A stretch of DNA of 64,000 nucleotides, taken from Antedon mediterranea (Eukaryota; Animalia; Echinodermata). The notes beneath the pieces were generated by a model. That model was not told the DNA's origin, did not search any database, and saw only the letters and a program-made list of their open reading frames with translations. Of this stretch, positions 46,401-61,400 are shown piece by piece (position 1 is the first letter of the stretch; each line of letters begins with the position of its first letter). A program made the position numbers and the translations under genes. The stretch is from positions 18,865,365 to 18,929,364 of the forward strand of contig NC_092678.1 in assembly GCF_964355755.1 (NCBI RefSeq). The letters are read 5' to 3'.

Positions 46401-49400
46401 GATATAACTCAAATTCAAAAACCATAATAGATATAGTTCTTTATACATATTAATTTTACAGTTATATATGTAAGCGTTATGCCTTGTGTTTGCATCAACA
46501 TCGTGAGTTTTTGGTCGACAGATTTAGATATAGAGCAAGCACGTCACGTTACTGATATGTTATAACATACATCCCGATGCGCATTTTGAGTTAAAGATTA
46601 GTATAATCCATATTTTGAATATAAAAAATATAGTTTTGTTTATCAAAATGAGTCGGATCTTTTGTTTGAAATTCAAAATAAATTAATGGTGCAAAAATCG
46701 GGAATATTCTAGGTCAAATATTTGTTTTGTTATATATATAACCTATATATAATAATGTTTGACGTTGGGAAAATTAAATGATTTAGAGAATGTCTGTTTA
46801 GTTTAATAACTACTTAATGTAAGTTCATTATTTAATTATGAATAATGCACAATTGAATAATATTAGGAACCGATATACTACCAGAATAGCAAGTAACAGA
46901 TGGAATTAATTCTAACTTATTTATTGTATCTTTTCAAGCCAAGTTCAATCCGACACGTCCCTTATAAATGTTCTTTAGAAGATAAACGAGCATAAACCAC
47001 TTATGTTATTGTTAAGTTATTGTTTAGCTGCAATGCTTTAAAAACTATCTTTCTCTAACACTTGTAATTGAACTTGGAAACCAATATCATTTTTTTTTTC
47101 TTGTGTTTGTGTATGGTACAAATTAGGTTCTATAACTTGTAACTTTGATGTTGACATGTGTGGATGGGACCCGAATCCGTTTACTGGTACTTATACTATA
47201 CCGTGGAAACTTTCTAAGGAGACAAATGATAATAATATCAACCCTGGTCTAGGTAGGTTTTTTTTTTTGCAAGTTAGAATATGAATATAACAATTAGAGT
47301 AATACACATCTACAAGAGTATCTTATTAATCACAGTAACTACAATACAATATTGTGTCTAGCTACACACAATTTAAACTGATGTGATTTCTATAGTAATA
47401 TAAGTTAACAAGATAAACTAATCCGATAGGAACTATTAAACAAATTACCAAAGTTCTGAATATAATTCCAAACACATTTGTTCCTATCATCTATTAATTA
47501 CTATTTAATAAACATAGAAAAAAAAAGACTTGATGTTTAAATACCACTTGTTTTATTATTTACAGCCGACTACTATGCTTTCATTCAAAACAGACCTGGA
47601 AGGCTGGCAAATGGATATATGTGGACATCAGAAATACCATTGAGTTTGGGTGATTTCTGCGTTAATTTCAACTATTATTTGAGTGAAAAAAGAGATTATA
47701 TACAAATTGGACACTATAGTTCGTTCAATAATTTGGTTACAGAAAACACATTCTACTTTACAAGCACAGATTGGAAACAAGGCGAAGCAAGCTTTTCCAC
47801 GAGTACTCCTACCAACCGCCTGAGATTTAGTGGAGAAACAAGAAACATTGTAGCTATCAACAACGTTAATATCAGTAAAGGATTATGTGAAGGTAGGCAT
47901 AATTATTTTACAAAATAAACAAAATGATTATGCCCTTTAATGATAACTAAAACAGCTGTTGAGATAATGCACAAAATGGCATTTGGGCTTATATTCTGGA
48001 ATGAAATAACAAAGCAAATTTAAATCTTAGCTCTGATATGCATTAAGTGGGTATACATTTCAACTGGATAAGATAAGCGTAGCTCCCACCAACTGATATG
48101 AGTGTATTTGCAAGTACGTATGTTTACGTGCAAAATTTACAGTAGGTACAATGAGCTTATAAACATACATAGGTAGATATTTCAAATGTGTACAAAAATA
48201 ATTTTTGACTTGGTTATTGTCAAAATTAAATAATGATGTATGTTGGTTCTATATGCTAATTCAATTAATTAAGTTATCTATTAGGAATGTTCTGTCTTTT
48301 CATAGAATATCATTTTTTTATCTTTCTTGACATTAACTTTTTATAATATAAAATATTATTATTATTAGGCCTACTGCCAATACAGCACATATTATCAAGC
48401 ACTAATAATGTAGTAACATTTCCTCCAAATGAAAATCATTATAATTATTAAAAATATTAATTAAAGTATTTCTTAATTCAATAGATTGTGGGAAAAATAT
48501 GTATCTAACAACAGGTGATGCCATCAACATAACATCCCCGTATTACCCAGAAAACCATAACAATCAGTACTGTGAGTGGATTGTGGAAAGTCCGCAGAAT
48601 ACAGGAATTCTACTCACGTTTTATGACTTTGATCTACAGAGCTGTTGTGACTTTGTGAATATCACTTATGTTGACACCATTGGCAATACATTGACTGAAT
48701 TTTACACTGGAAACAATATTTTACATATTCTGGCTAAAAGTTACTTAAGTATAATATTTCAATCTAACTACAACGGTGTTAATAGAGGCTTTGCTGCAGA
48801 AATGAAAGTTGTTGACATAGGTATGTTTACATTTTATATTTGTATTTGTCGGGTTTTTTCATTACATTGTTATTGCTTACAAATGTTAATATGTATTTCA
48901 GATTATATTTTTTTATTAATTTAATTAATATAAAACATATTTTCTTTTCTTTTAGAATGTTCTGAATATTTGTGCGTGGATGGTTCTCGACTTGGAGTTT
49001 GCTTAAATAGATCTTTAGTTTGTGATGGAAATGATGATTGTGGTGATTTGTCGGATGAAAAACATGGGTGCACAGATCGTGAGTTAATTAGTACTAGATG
49101 GTACGCTCGCTTCGCTCGCGTACCATCTAGGTCGTGCCCACAGATGGTTCTCGAATACACAGTAATTTCAGGGTAAAAAATCTGGCGATTTTAAATGCAC
49201 GTACCGCAGGACTATAACACATTGTCGTTTACAGAAACGAATAAGTAGACACAATGATTTATGTAGTCAACCAAAATTAGCACCCTGGGAATTACTTCCG
49301 AAAGAGAAACTTACCACAAAATGAGTCCAAATTGTTTAATTAGGGTTGAGGAAAGAGGATAGGTACAAAGAGGAACAATTTTTTAAAAATATATTCTTTA

Positions 49401-52400
49401 TCCACGTCAGTAACGAAATATTGTTTTCATTTTTTATAGGCCTATAAATAATATACCACTAACGGTGACTAAATATAGTAAAACATTTGCGATTTAATAC
49501 TTTGTTAAAACTGTCACTGTCATAGTCGATTGAAATAGTAAAGTACATGTAACGATACACCACTACGACGTTTATATTTTTTGTAATTATTAATTAATGC
49601 AAACGTTGAGAAGCAACTGTCAGTAATAAAGTTTATTTGTATATTACGTGTTTATATATCTAACAGTAGAGCCTACCCACAATCACAGTAATAAAGTTTA
49701 TTTGTATTTTTTTTTTTACATCTAACAGTATTCACAGTAAGAAATGTTTTTATATATTTTTTTACATCTAACAGTATTCACAGTAAGAAATGTTCGATTC
49801 AAATGACGACCAAAAATGGTTAATAGGTATTTGCAGTACTGTATTGTCAAAGTATTGCAAGTTTATTCTCCAAGGGCTCATAAATTTACCTACTTGTGTT
49901 AAACCAAACTGGCAAACTGAGAGATTGGAATGTTCCATTCATCGCAAATCAATACATTTGTAAAAACGTAAATTAAATCTATCAAAATAGTATTTTTTAA
50001 AGAAAATCGGCCTGTCTTCAACATTATGATGCTGTACTCGAGCAGTTCAACCGGTTTTCAGCTATTAAAAACAATTATCTTAGGAGGAGTTAGGAAAATG
50101 CGAAGCGTTCTCGTATTATTGTGTGCGGGTATTTTTCAAGTTGGACATCCATTAGACAGTGTATACCACGATCGGAAAACACCCCTATTTGGGGCAAATC
50201 TTTGAACCTAAATTCGTTTTAATCGTCAATAACTAATTATCTAACTCAATTTAATTAGTAAACAGGGTTACATCAGGTGGTTAAAATCAGTACCGAAAGT
50301 ACGAACCAACTTTATATACCATCGAGTAAAAATTCTAGAAATAAACCGCGATTTATCGAATTTTGCCCTTACGTAAATTTATATATAGATATAAGTAAAA
50401 CAGCAACTTGAAATTAATAATATAATGCTATTAGGTGTCAGAATTTGTTATCCGTAGTAATGAATATGATTTTGGATTTATTATTTCAACTCGCAATGGG
50501 GTTCTTTCGCATCGGAACGGTAAGCAAAGAGGACTGTAAGCAACAGAGCGTGACGCAAACCATGTAGACGCGGGTTTGGTTGGCGTTAGTCTTAGGTTTA
50601 TGAAGTTCAAACTAAAGTTGAACTAAAACATCTAACTAAAACCTTAAACGAGGCGTAAAAGGATTCTTATTTATTTATTATGAATCTAGAAGAATGAAAA
50701 TGAATTAACAGTCTACGCATTTTGAGGTTTTTAGTTAATTTTACAACTAGAAATGAACAACCTTGTCCTTCCACGTGCATTCGCTTCGTACTGATTGACC
50801 ATTTTTTTTTTGTTCTATTGGACCGGACGTTAAATCCACAAATTGTACTACCAATGAGAACGGAACGGAATATACAGTACTGCATACGCAAATTCATATT
50901 TTGTATAACTTCTAGTTCTAGTTGTCCAATGACCTAGGTGATCGTAGGGGTCGTAGCAGATGAGATACTCACCATGATACAATACACAGGCAAAGCTCCC
51001 AGCGGTGCCTATCTCCTCTCCGGGCTGGAGACTTACCGTATCCTTCTACATATACCATCCCCATTTGTCAGTTTTACCTCCCGAAGCGCATTATTTCTAC
51101 CGTAATATACATTCCAAAGCGCATTTTGGGTTACTTAAGACTCACTTCGAACTCTGTGTATTCAAGTATAATCCATATTTTAAAGCCTGTAATGGGTTTT
51201 TTTTCGAAGAAATGCGTCGGACCTTTTGTTCAAAGTTTATATGTTTGCAAGAATAGAAAATAGTTCAGGTCAAATCTGTTACTTATTTGATTTGAATTAA
51301 AGAAAGAAAAATATATGATTAATTCAATTTTGAAAAGTATATTAGGAAACCAAAAAGCAGGAAACAAATATAATCAATGTTAACTTATTCCTTATGCTTT
51401 TTTTTTGTTAAATTACTAGGTTCTGTAACTTGTAACTTTGATCTTGACATGTGTGGATGGGACCCGTATCCGAATAGTGGTTTTTCGTATATACCATGGC
51501 AACTTTCCAACGAGACAACTGATAATACTACCAGCTCTGGTCCAGGTAATATTTGTTTGTAATTTGTAAGAATAAAATAAAGAGATATAAAAATAAGAGT
51601 ACACAAATCTACAAGGCTTTAAACTTAGCTACTCAGCTATAATACTGTGTACATATACACTTTGCTTGTTATAGTAATCTTAGTAAACAAGAACAGCTGG
51701 TCCGACGATAAGATTTTTATTTTTTCTGACAAAATTACCAAAGTTCTAAATAATTATAAATCTAAACAAATGCCAAGTTCAGTATGTTTCTTTTGTTTGT
51801 TTTTTCTTTTTCTTTTTTTTTTACACTTTATTCAATCAATCGTAATAATGTTGTTATTCATCATTTAATAAAATTGTTTAAAACATAGAAAATAACAGGC
51901 TTGATTTTTAAACACCACTTGTTTTCTTATTTACAGGCGATCAATATGCCTTCATTCAAAAGTCTGGATCCCAGTCTTATACAAATGGATATATGTACAC
52001 CACAGAGATACCATCGAGTTGGGGTGATTTCTGCGTTAATTTCAACTATTATTTGAGTGATACAAATGATCGTATTGAAATTGAACACTATAGTTCGTTT
52101 GACAATTCGGTTACAACTAAAAGGTTCTACTTTACAAACACAGAATGGAAGCTAGGCCATGCTAGCTTTTCCACGAGTACACCTATCAACCGTCTGAGAT
52201 TCTATGGGAGAACATATAGTAACATTGTAGCTATTGACAACGTAAACATCAGTAGAGGAACATGTGAAGGTAAAATGTAATCCATCAAAAAAAATTAAAA
52301 ATAATTATGCTCTATAATGAGAATTAAAACTGCTTCTAAGATAAGGCACATTTTAAATAAAATGACATTGATGCTTTTTACATTTTCTGAATTTAATTAA

Positions 52401-55400
52401 TAAATAATAAATAATTAGTTCAGCATGTACTAACTGAATACAATTTTAAACTCAAAACGATAAGCTTAGCTCCTTGCTAGAATTGTTTTACTTGCGAAAA
52501 AACGTTTTTATACGAGCACAATTACACACTCGGTATGTACAATGATAATATAGGTAGAAATTTGAAATTTGTACCAACATGATTGGTGATAGTTCGGGAT
52601 ATTTTGAGCTTTCCACAATGCTTCAATTGTTTTGCGTCACGCGTGCATTACACGTAAGTTTTTTCTTTAACCCCTACGTCAACAATTTCCATGAACTATC
52701 CAAATAACGTCATACGTGAAACGTAGAAAATCGTGCATGCGCTATGGGCAATTTAATGCTAATCAGAATGAACGGTGAGCTTATTTCTTATTTTTATAGA
52801 AGCCAATGAATTATAGATATAATTTAAAATTTAAAATTTGAATTTCGAATTTTTGAATTTTGAATTTCAAATTTGTATTTTCCTAATCAAGCAGCTGACT
52901 TTCTCATGGGTTACCTTTTTATTTTGATAAAGTTATGACGTTTCCACGCATGCACAATTTGAATAACTTGGGTCGTGTAAATTCAAGTACATCGTGGCCG
53001 GACCTAAACAATGGAATGACCTCCCTATAAAAAAAAAGTTATATTTGTTATTGCTTTTAAAAAGTGAGTTCAAGTGCGGCCGCTGTCAATACTGACGATT
53101 GGCTACCATTTGTTCAATCCTTGTTTTTTTTCCAAGCAGGTCTGTTTTGAGCAAGACGCTTGGCTTCCACTTAATTCAATCCTGTCCTTTCTTTGATGTT
53201 TTCAAACCATTGTTTCCTCTGACGTCCTCTCTTTTTCTTCCCTTCCACACTTCTTTCTTTTATATGTAGTGCACTGCCGCTTCCTCTTATAATGTGACCA
53301 AAGTAGGATACTTTTTTTGTTATCTCCCCCCAGTAGTTGTCTTTTCACCCCAAATTGTTCAAGTATGCTTCTGTTCTTTTCTCTTTCCATTTGATGTTTA
53401 GCAATCTTCTCAAGAAGTATATTTCGGCAGCAAGCACCCGGTTCTTATCTGCTTTTTTAAGAGTCGAAGCCAAAAAAAAGAAGTACACGCCATACACGAA
53501 TTGTGATTAATTTCATCTTCAGCTCTGTTATAAGATTGCGATCATAAATCCTGAAGTTATAGCATCCTTCTTTTGGCTGTTCCGATTTTTAATATCAATT
53601 GTGCAGTTTGCATTGGAGGTTTAAACTGAGTCTAGATACTTGAAGTGTTTAAACTGTACAACATATTCTACATCTTTCATGATATTATACTCATTTGCAT
53701 CTCCCTCAGCAACAAGAAGTTTTGTTTTCTTCACGTTAGGTTTGAGATTCATATTCTTTCCATTTTCATTTATCGCTGATGTTAAACTTCCGATGCCTTC
53801 TACTGTTGTTTCAAGAAGTGCTGTTTCATCGGCATATCGGATGTTAAAAGTTGGTTTGTCTCCTATTTTGACACCATAAGGTTCCACTTCAGCGTCACGC
53901 ATTACTATCTCTGTGTATGTCACAAAAATATGATTCTTGTCTTAAACCTTTTGATTCCGTACGTCAACAGTTTGCCATTTCTGTCATTACAACAAGCATT
54001 TTGACGTGTGACTGATCTAATCAAAATGCTTTTCCATTAGTATCTGAAGACATACCAGCATGTCTCTGGTTCGTCATCATTTCCGGTAAGCACCTAATTG
54101 ATATCTGGTAGTTGTTGCTCCAGTTTTGCCTTCAGGCGATACATGGTGATTATATAGTTTAAGCAATGTTTGGGATCTCCAGACTTGTATAACATCACAA
54201 ACGTTTGTATTTCACAGTAGTCCGGCCACTTATATTTATCCATAATGCTTTTTCAAATTGGGTGTAATGCTTCTGTTCTATGCTGCCCTGTAGATGTATT
54301 TATTTTTAAGTTCGGCAGGCACTCCATCAAGATCCAGGTGATTTTTCCGAATTCAGTTTGCTGACTGCATGCTCAACTTCAGACAAAAGTGGATGTGGTA
54401 CAGCTTCTTCCACGAGTGATTTTGGCATGGAAAGTGGTTCCTGACATATACTTTCCATCTGATCTGATATCTACTGATTCATTGAGCATATTTCCATATC
54501 TGTCTTTAATACATGTTTGCTGTGTTGAGGAAGATTTTGTTTAATTTGTTCAAAAATTTCTTTTGATTTGCCATTAGAATCAAAATTACTGATCTGCTAA
54601 CAGTGTTCTTCTATTATGTGCTAGTCTTCCATATGAGTGCAAGTACGTTGCCAAACTACTTGGTACCAGTCATATGATCATAAACTTCTATGGAATTATT
54701 CTTATTTGTATGAGATTTTGTAAATGAGGAAACTTAATGATCATTTTCAACAGAAAAAAATGCCAAGGAAGTTGTATTCCTGCTGTCTTAACATTTTCTC
54801 AGTTATTAAAGCAGTTTTTATTTTATGATGTCACAACTATCATAATTATGACATACTGTAGTTACGTCATACGTTGTTATTTATATTTTTATTTATTTTT
54901 TATTTCTGTTTTTAGTTTTCCTTTGTAATTGTTATTAGTTATTATTATATATTATTAGTTATTATTAGTTCTTACTTGAATCTTACTTGAATCTTCGGGC
55001 TCTTGATTAAGGCCCGAAGTTATTATTAGTCGTTAGTTTCATCAAATGAATAGATGCACAAATAGTAATATTTTATTTAATATAGTCATTTTACATACTG
55101 ACATAACTGTTTCTTTAATCAATAGATTGTGTGAAAAATATTTATCTAACAACAAGTGATGCTATCAACATAACTTCCCCAGAAAACCATAACAATCAGT
55201 ACTGTGAGTGGATCGTGGAAAGTCCGCAGAATACAGGAATTCTACTCATGTTTTATGACTTTGAGCTAGAGAGCTGTTGTGATTTTGTGAATATCACTTA
55301 TGTTGACACCACTGGCAATACCTTGACTGAATTTTACACCGGAAGACATGTTAACACAATTTTAGCTAACACTTACCTAAGTATAATATTACAAAAAAAC

Positions 55401-58400
55401 TGTGAAGGTGTTACCAGAGGATTTGTTTTAGAACTGAAAGTTATTGGTAAGTTTACATTTTTCCCAATTACATTAATAGTTTATAAAAGTAATATGTATT
55501 TCAGATTGTACTCTTTCTTTACAATTTCAATAACGTAAAAATCTTTCTTGGTAATGTTCTGGATGAGGTGCTCGTACTGGTGTTTGCTTGATTAAACGTT
55601 CCGCAAATGAATCGCGACCCAAATCTGCGTAGTGGCTTAAGAAATTGAAAACAAAATAACGATGTTTTAGCATGGTACGGAGCTTTACAACAAAAATAGT
55701 GAAGTGTCGAGAATGCTGTTTTTTGTTACGTGGTTTAGTAGTTTGATCGTGGCGAAAAAAGTCTGTAAACATATCAAACGTTATTGATATGTGTGGCTTA
55801 AATTTCAGAAGTATTGAATTACTGGGGATCGCGATGTAATGCAAAATCTTGTGTGGCTGTGACGCGACACAGTCAAGACAATAAAGAAGAAATCCTACGC
55901 TGATGTTTCTCTTGATCGGTGGATTAGCACAACGTGCCTTAAAAATCAAAATGCAATGAACTAGGTCCATATTCCTTAATGTTCGGACCTCAACTCCAAC
56001 CATGTTGGGGCTAAAGGAGCGAACTATTTTACATTAGCTTTATTTCGTTGGTCCAGGTTTGTGATTGGCCAGTTGCTTTTTCCATGGAGCATTTTTTTTT
56101 CTCCTGAGGTTAAGGAACACATTTTAGGCTAGAAAATAAAAAGTTTGCGGAATGTAGTTTTCGACCTACTGTAGATTACTGGACCAAGAGACGCTTCGAA
56201 CCCTATGTCATCTTATTATAATGTTACTACTGCATACAATTTGTATTTGAGAAATATAAATATTGCAATTGAAAATATTAAAAAACACAACATACAAATT
56301 ATATTGTCAAGTTATCAATTGTAGCAGAGTTTTATTTTTATACATTATCTTATAGATTATAAATTATATGTAATGTTACATTTTTAGAAAAGATTATTAA
56401 CACTTTAACGTACATTGTTTTGGCAGATGATGTCAGTCCAGATGTTGTTTGTCCTCTTAATATTACTAAAGGTGCGTTCAACTCGGACCAAGTTTCAGTT
56501 TCCTGGATTAACCCGACTGTTACTGACAACGTTGATACAGGTCTGTCAGCTACTTGTACTCCACCTTCCGGGTCGTCACTTAAAGTTGGTTTAACTGAAA
56601 TTACATGTATCGCTACTGATATTTCTGGAAATGTTGGTATTTGTAGTTTTTTTGTACATGTCACAGGTAAGTTTAATTTTACATGTTTTATATCATTTGA
56701 ATTAAACTAAAAATCACCAGTTGTGAGAACGAAATGGCACTAATACACTTCAGAACTCTGACATAAGCAATAAATTGTGTTTATTGACTTTTATTATTAA
56801 GTAATTGTTTATTATTTTCGGCCTACTAAAGAAATATCTTTTTTATAAGATACTGGTGATCCCATTTTGACATACCTATTTTACATTCAGTCATTTTTAG
56901 TAATAAAGAATAAATGTATAATTATTCTTAAATTTACGGATTCGTTAAAGTGTCATCAATTGCCATCTTTCTTCGTTATTTCTATACTTCTTCATCATTA
57001 ACTTTTTCTATCTATCTTTCTCGCCACGAACTAACACATTTTTAAATGCGGGCATAGATTTAAAAGCATTCGCCAAATAATATTGTATTTATATTCTCAT
57101 GACCAACAGGATTTTATTAGATACAAATTGTGGATGATATTGTAAGCAAACTAGGGGCTACAATGCATATATTTTATTTATATTTTAGATAAAGAATGTG
57201 ATGATTTGTTGCAACGTTTGGATAATCTGACCTCAACATGCGGTGAACTTCCACAACTAAACGGCTTTCCAAACGTGGAAGGTTCCCAAAACCTATTTAG
57301 TTTTAGATTAACTTCTTCAGAGGCTACGAATATAATAGCAGGGGTACGTATATATGTATTACCTTCAATAAAAACAAAACAGATTTAGAATGCACAGAAA
57401 GAGAGACCATTATTGTCATAATGTTATAGTTGATATATCACTTTGAGCAAACATTAGATAACAACATATTTACCTAATAAAACCGTAATTTTAAGTGAAA
57501 GTCAACAAGAAGTCCATTGTCTGGAATAAATGCCTTTTTGGTTAAATAGTAAAACAACAGAATGACATATTCACAGTTTGCTTTATTCATCATTATTATT
57601 ATTATTCATGTTTTTGTTTTTTTATAAAACATCTCGATAGTTATATCAAAATTTCAATATATAGTAGATGAATGAAAGTGATTTAAATTTAGTTTAATGC
57701 TATCGCAAAACTTTTGTTTCATAGATTGAAGTTAATATATATGCATACATGGGGAACGAGATTACAGAAAACGGCACACTGTTTGTAGCCTTACTTTCAT
57801 CTGATCTATCTATCGTTGACATTTCAGTTATTCATTTCAGGGTAAGAAAACACTATTCCTAATAATACCACAATTATGTATTCATAATAAAGAAGTACTT
57901 TTACTAAAAAAAACTGTGACATTATGAAGTGATCATAAATATTACATAAATGTTTTAATAAATGTATACTAAAACAAATCATAACCAAATACAAACACAG
58001 TAATGGGCATAATATGCTTACAATTGCTGATACGTACTTTAATATAAATCAAAGAGCTGAATAGGCATGGTAGATAAATATAAATATTTGTAAATTGGTC
58101 ATGATTCAACTCTTGATGTCATCATTTTGATGATTAATACAAATTGAAAATAATTTGTTTATCTAAGAAAAACAGTATTAGAATAATTCTTATATTACTT
58201 TCTTGTTTTATAATCGTTGTTTTTGACATACTTAAAATTAAAACGGTAGGTAATTGACTTTTACATCATAACAAATATATTTCAGGTATATTTCAAAGAT
58301 GAAGAAACATTTTTCGAAACAAACCTGGCTGATCTCCACAATTTCGAAGAATATGGTCAACAGCTTGTTTCGTTATCCTTTCTTCCTGATAGCGATACAG

Positions 58401-61400
58401 AACACAAATTACTTTCACCGACCACTTGTTTGAGTCAAGATGAACACTCTTGCGTAACTCTCACCATTAGGTCATTTATATCAGACTGTAAAGATGTATG
58501 TATTGATAGATATACAGAATGGATACGAGGAAGCGAAGATAAATACAATTGTGAGATGACTTCAATAGATAGTGTTATTGACGAGTTGTATGGAAAATGT
58601 ATTGGTATGTAGGAAACGCAATTACTATTTTTAATTATGTGTTTTGTTTTTTAACTTTTTATTGTTATCAAATCATATAACTATAGGCCTAACATTATTA
58701 AATAGAAAATGCTAAGACTTAGTATTAAATGTTTTTACTTATTTTTAACAGCACAGCCTACCTAATAGTATTATTAGACTGCATAGGGAGTGTAATTTAC
58801 GTACAATTATCGCGTCGTATTTCTGGATAAAAAACTCGATAAGAAATTTCCCTATTTCGAGAATATAACGATTTAACGCCATTCCCTTCTGGTTTTCCCA
58901 GTACACAAAAGACTGCTTTAAACAAATTAAAAGTAAACGTTACAGTAATCTAAAAACGACCAAGCATCCCGATATGTCAAAAACATCCCAATATGTCAAA
59001 AAACCACTCCAAAGCCATCAATACTACAAAAGCCATCAAATCCCACTTAGTACAAACAAAATATTGTATTGTTTGGAAATTAATTATTAATATCGTTTCT
59101 CTCTTTCTTGGCTATTTCTAGACTTCTTCATTAACCTTTTCTATCCATTGACCTAATCAAGTTCCACCATGAAACATAAAGGCGCGTTAAACTCCAACCT
59201 GGATTAAATAAATGAAGGAATTATTGAATTATTTATTATAATTATGCAGTGAAACAATTCATTAGCTGACTTATTACTGCCTTAACTGTAAAAGAGTTAT
59301 TGTTAAATTGATACATTTATTACATTTTTTACAGATAACAGTGCAACAAATCCTTGTAGAAATGGAGGCATTGTTGTTCAGCCTTATGAAATGATTTTTG
59401 AAATTCAAACTGTAACCGATGACTTTTATTGCGCATGTCCACCTGGTTTCAGAGGTCCAACTTGCACAGGAAAAATTGGTTTGTTACTTTTACATTTGAT
59501 TTTTATTCAATGTTTATGCATTGTTGTGAAAATCCTACGCCGCCACACAGAATACTAATAATAAATTGGAGAAACCTTGATAATAATGAAATGTCCTGCC
59601 ATTATAATTAGATTTTTTATTTGTTAAATGAAATATCTAAAACATTTATAAATTTTTTTAGGATTATAATTTATAGAACTACTATTAGCTATTGATATTG
59701 TCATGCAATTACTTTGTTTGTATTTGACAAGTTCTTTTACTTCTTTTTCTGTTCCCAGAAACAGTTCTTATTTAATGTTACCATTTTAAGTTATTGTAAT
59801 AAATGTATGCTGTTTTTATTTTATGAAATGTTTCTAAATAAATGTTGTTGTTGACAATATTATAAAATAATGAGGTTTTCATGGAAAAGTAACTATCAAA
59901 TTATAATGTTACTCTTCATAATCAAAGCCATGCAAAATAGCACAGCATTAGTAACTGTTTTTGTACACAGGAACAACAGCGTTATTGAAATCCTGTATTC
60001 ATTTTAATTTATAATTGTTTATCTTTTGAATTGATTCTAAAAAGTATTCTGCATAATATTCTACAATCTTTATGACTTTTTCATGTAGCTGATGTATTTT
60101 AAATTGCAATCTTTTTTTTTTACAGTTCTATCCTTTCAGTAGCGATTTATTTTTTTATCTTGTTTTTAAATATTTGATTTAATTTCTTTTTATAGTTAAA
60201 TGTGGTCACAATGAATTCAACTGTGAAAGTGGTGAGTGTATCTCACTTAGCAAGATGTGTGATAATGTGCCGTATGACTGTGCAGATAATTCTGATGAAC
60301 CAGACGAATGTCAAAGTAAGAACTATTCATTAGCTTGATTAGGTTTTCTACTTTAACGGTTATCTATTTTGAAGGTTATCAAACTCTGAAATTGCCTATG
60401 AATGAACTACTTTAGTCACATTTCAAAGGCATTCATCAAATTATGACATATGCATAATTATATTTTATTTTATTTTTAAGATAAAGGATGTGACGATTTG
60501 TTGCACCTTTTGGACAATATGACAGCAACATGTGGTGAACTTCAACAACTTAATGGCTTTCCGATGGTGGAAGGTTCGAAAAATCTATTTAGTTTTAGAT
60601 TTGATTTCCCAGAAGCTAAGAACATAATAGCAAGGGTACGTACATAATCAAGTTAATTAACTTGACTTAAGTCAATATCAATATTTATTATACTAGAATT
60701 TGCAAAGTGATTTTTGATTGATTGAATATTATTCTTTTTTTTCACACAAAACTCTATCAAAAAAGTGTGAAAACAGGATAACCATAAGCAAGCAAAGCTT
60801 TTAATCTGTGGCACCCTTAACTTTACAAATACATTACAACAATGTTTTCATGTAGTAAATAAATTATTAAGGAAAATACAACGTACTATACTAATTACTA
60901 TATGTATACATCACAGGCACAGAATATATATGGAAATGTAGTTAATTAATTTAAAACGAAGTTCGAAGTTTGAAGCAGATGTATATCAATCTACAAATAT
61001 TCTCTAAAAAAATATTTAAGCGGCGGCTCCAGCCTACTTGAAGATAGAGGGGAATGAAGTTGCAATCTGTGCCGAACAATTCGCTCATGATGATCTGTAC
61101 AGTCGCGAAGTACTATGTTAGCACAACGTGTTTTGATGACGCAGGGCCTTCCTAAAGACACAAATCGCATTTCGATTACATTAATGTTGTCTTTTTATGT
61201 TATTTGAAATATTTTTCATTATTTTGTTTAAAAAGTTGATAACTACAATAAAACTGCAAAATGCACTGCAAAATGCGCTGCAATTTACCTGTTAAGTTAC
61301 TTTAATAAAAACATGTTTTGTTTCATAGGTCGGAGTTAATATATCTGCATACATTGGGAATGAGATGGCAGAAGACGGAACACTGTTTGTAGCCTTACTT

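Noticed and set aside
54960-55030. Hairpin CTTCGGGC...GCCCGAAG next to a short tandem duplication
   Set aside because: Probably a transposon end, but I could not find a partner terminus or a second copy in the window.
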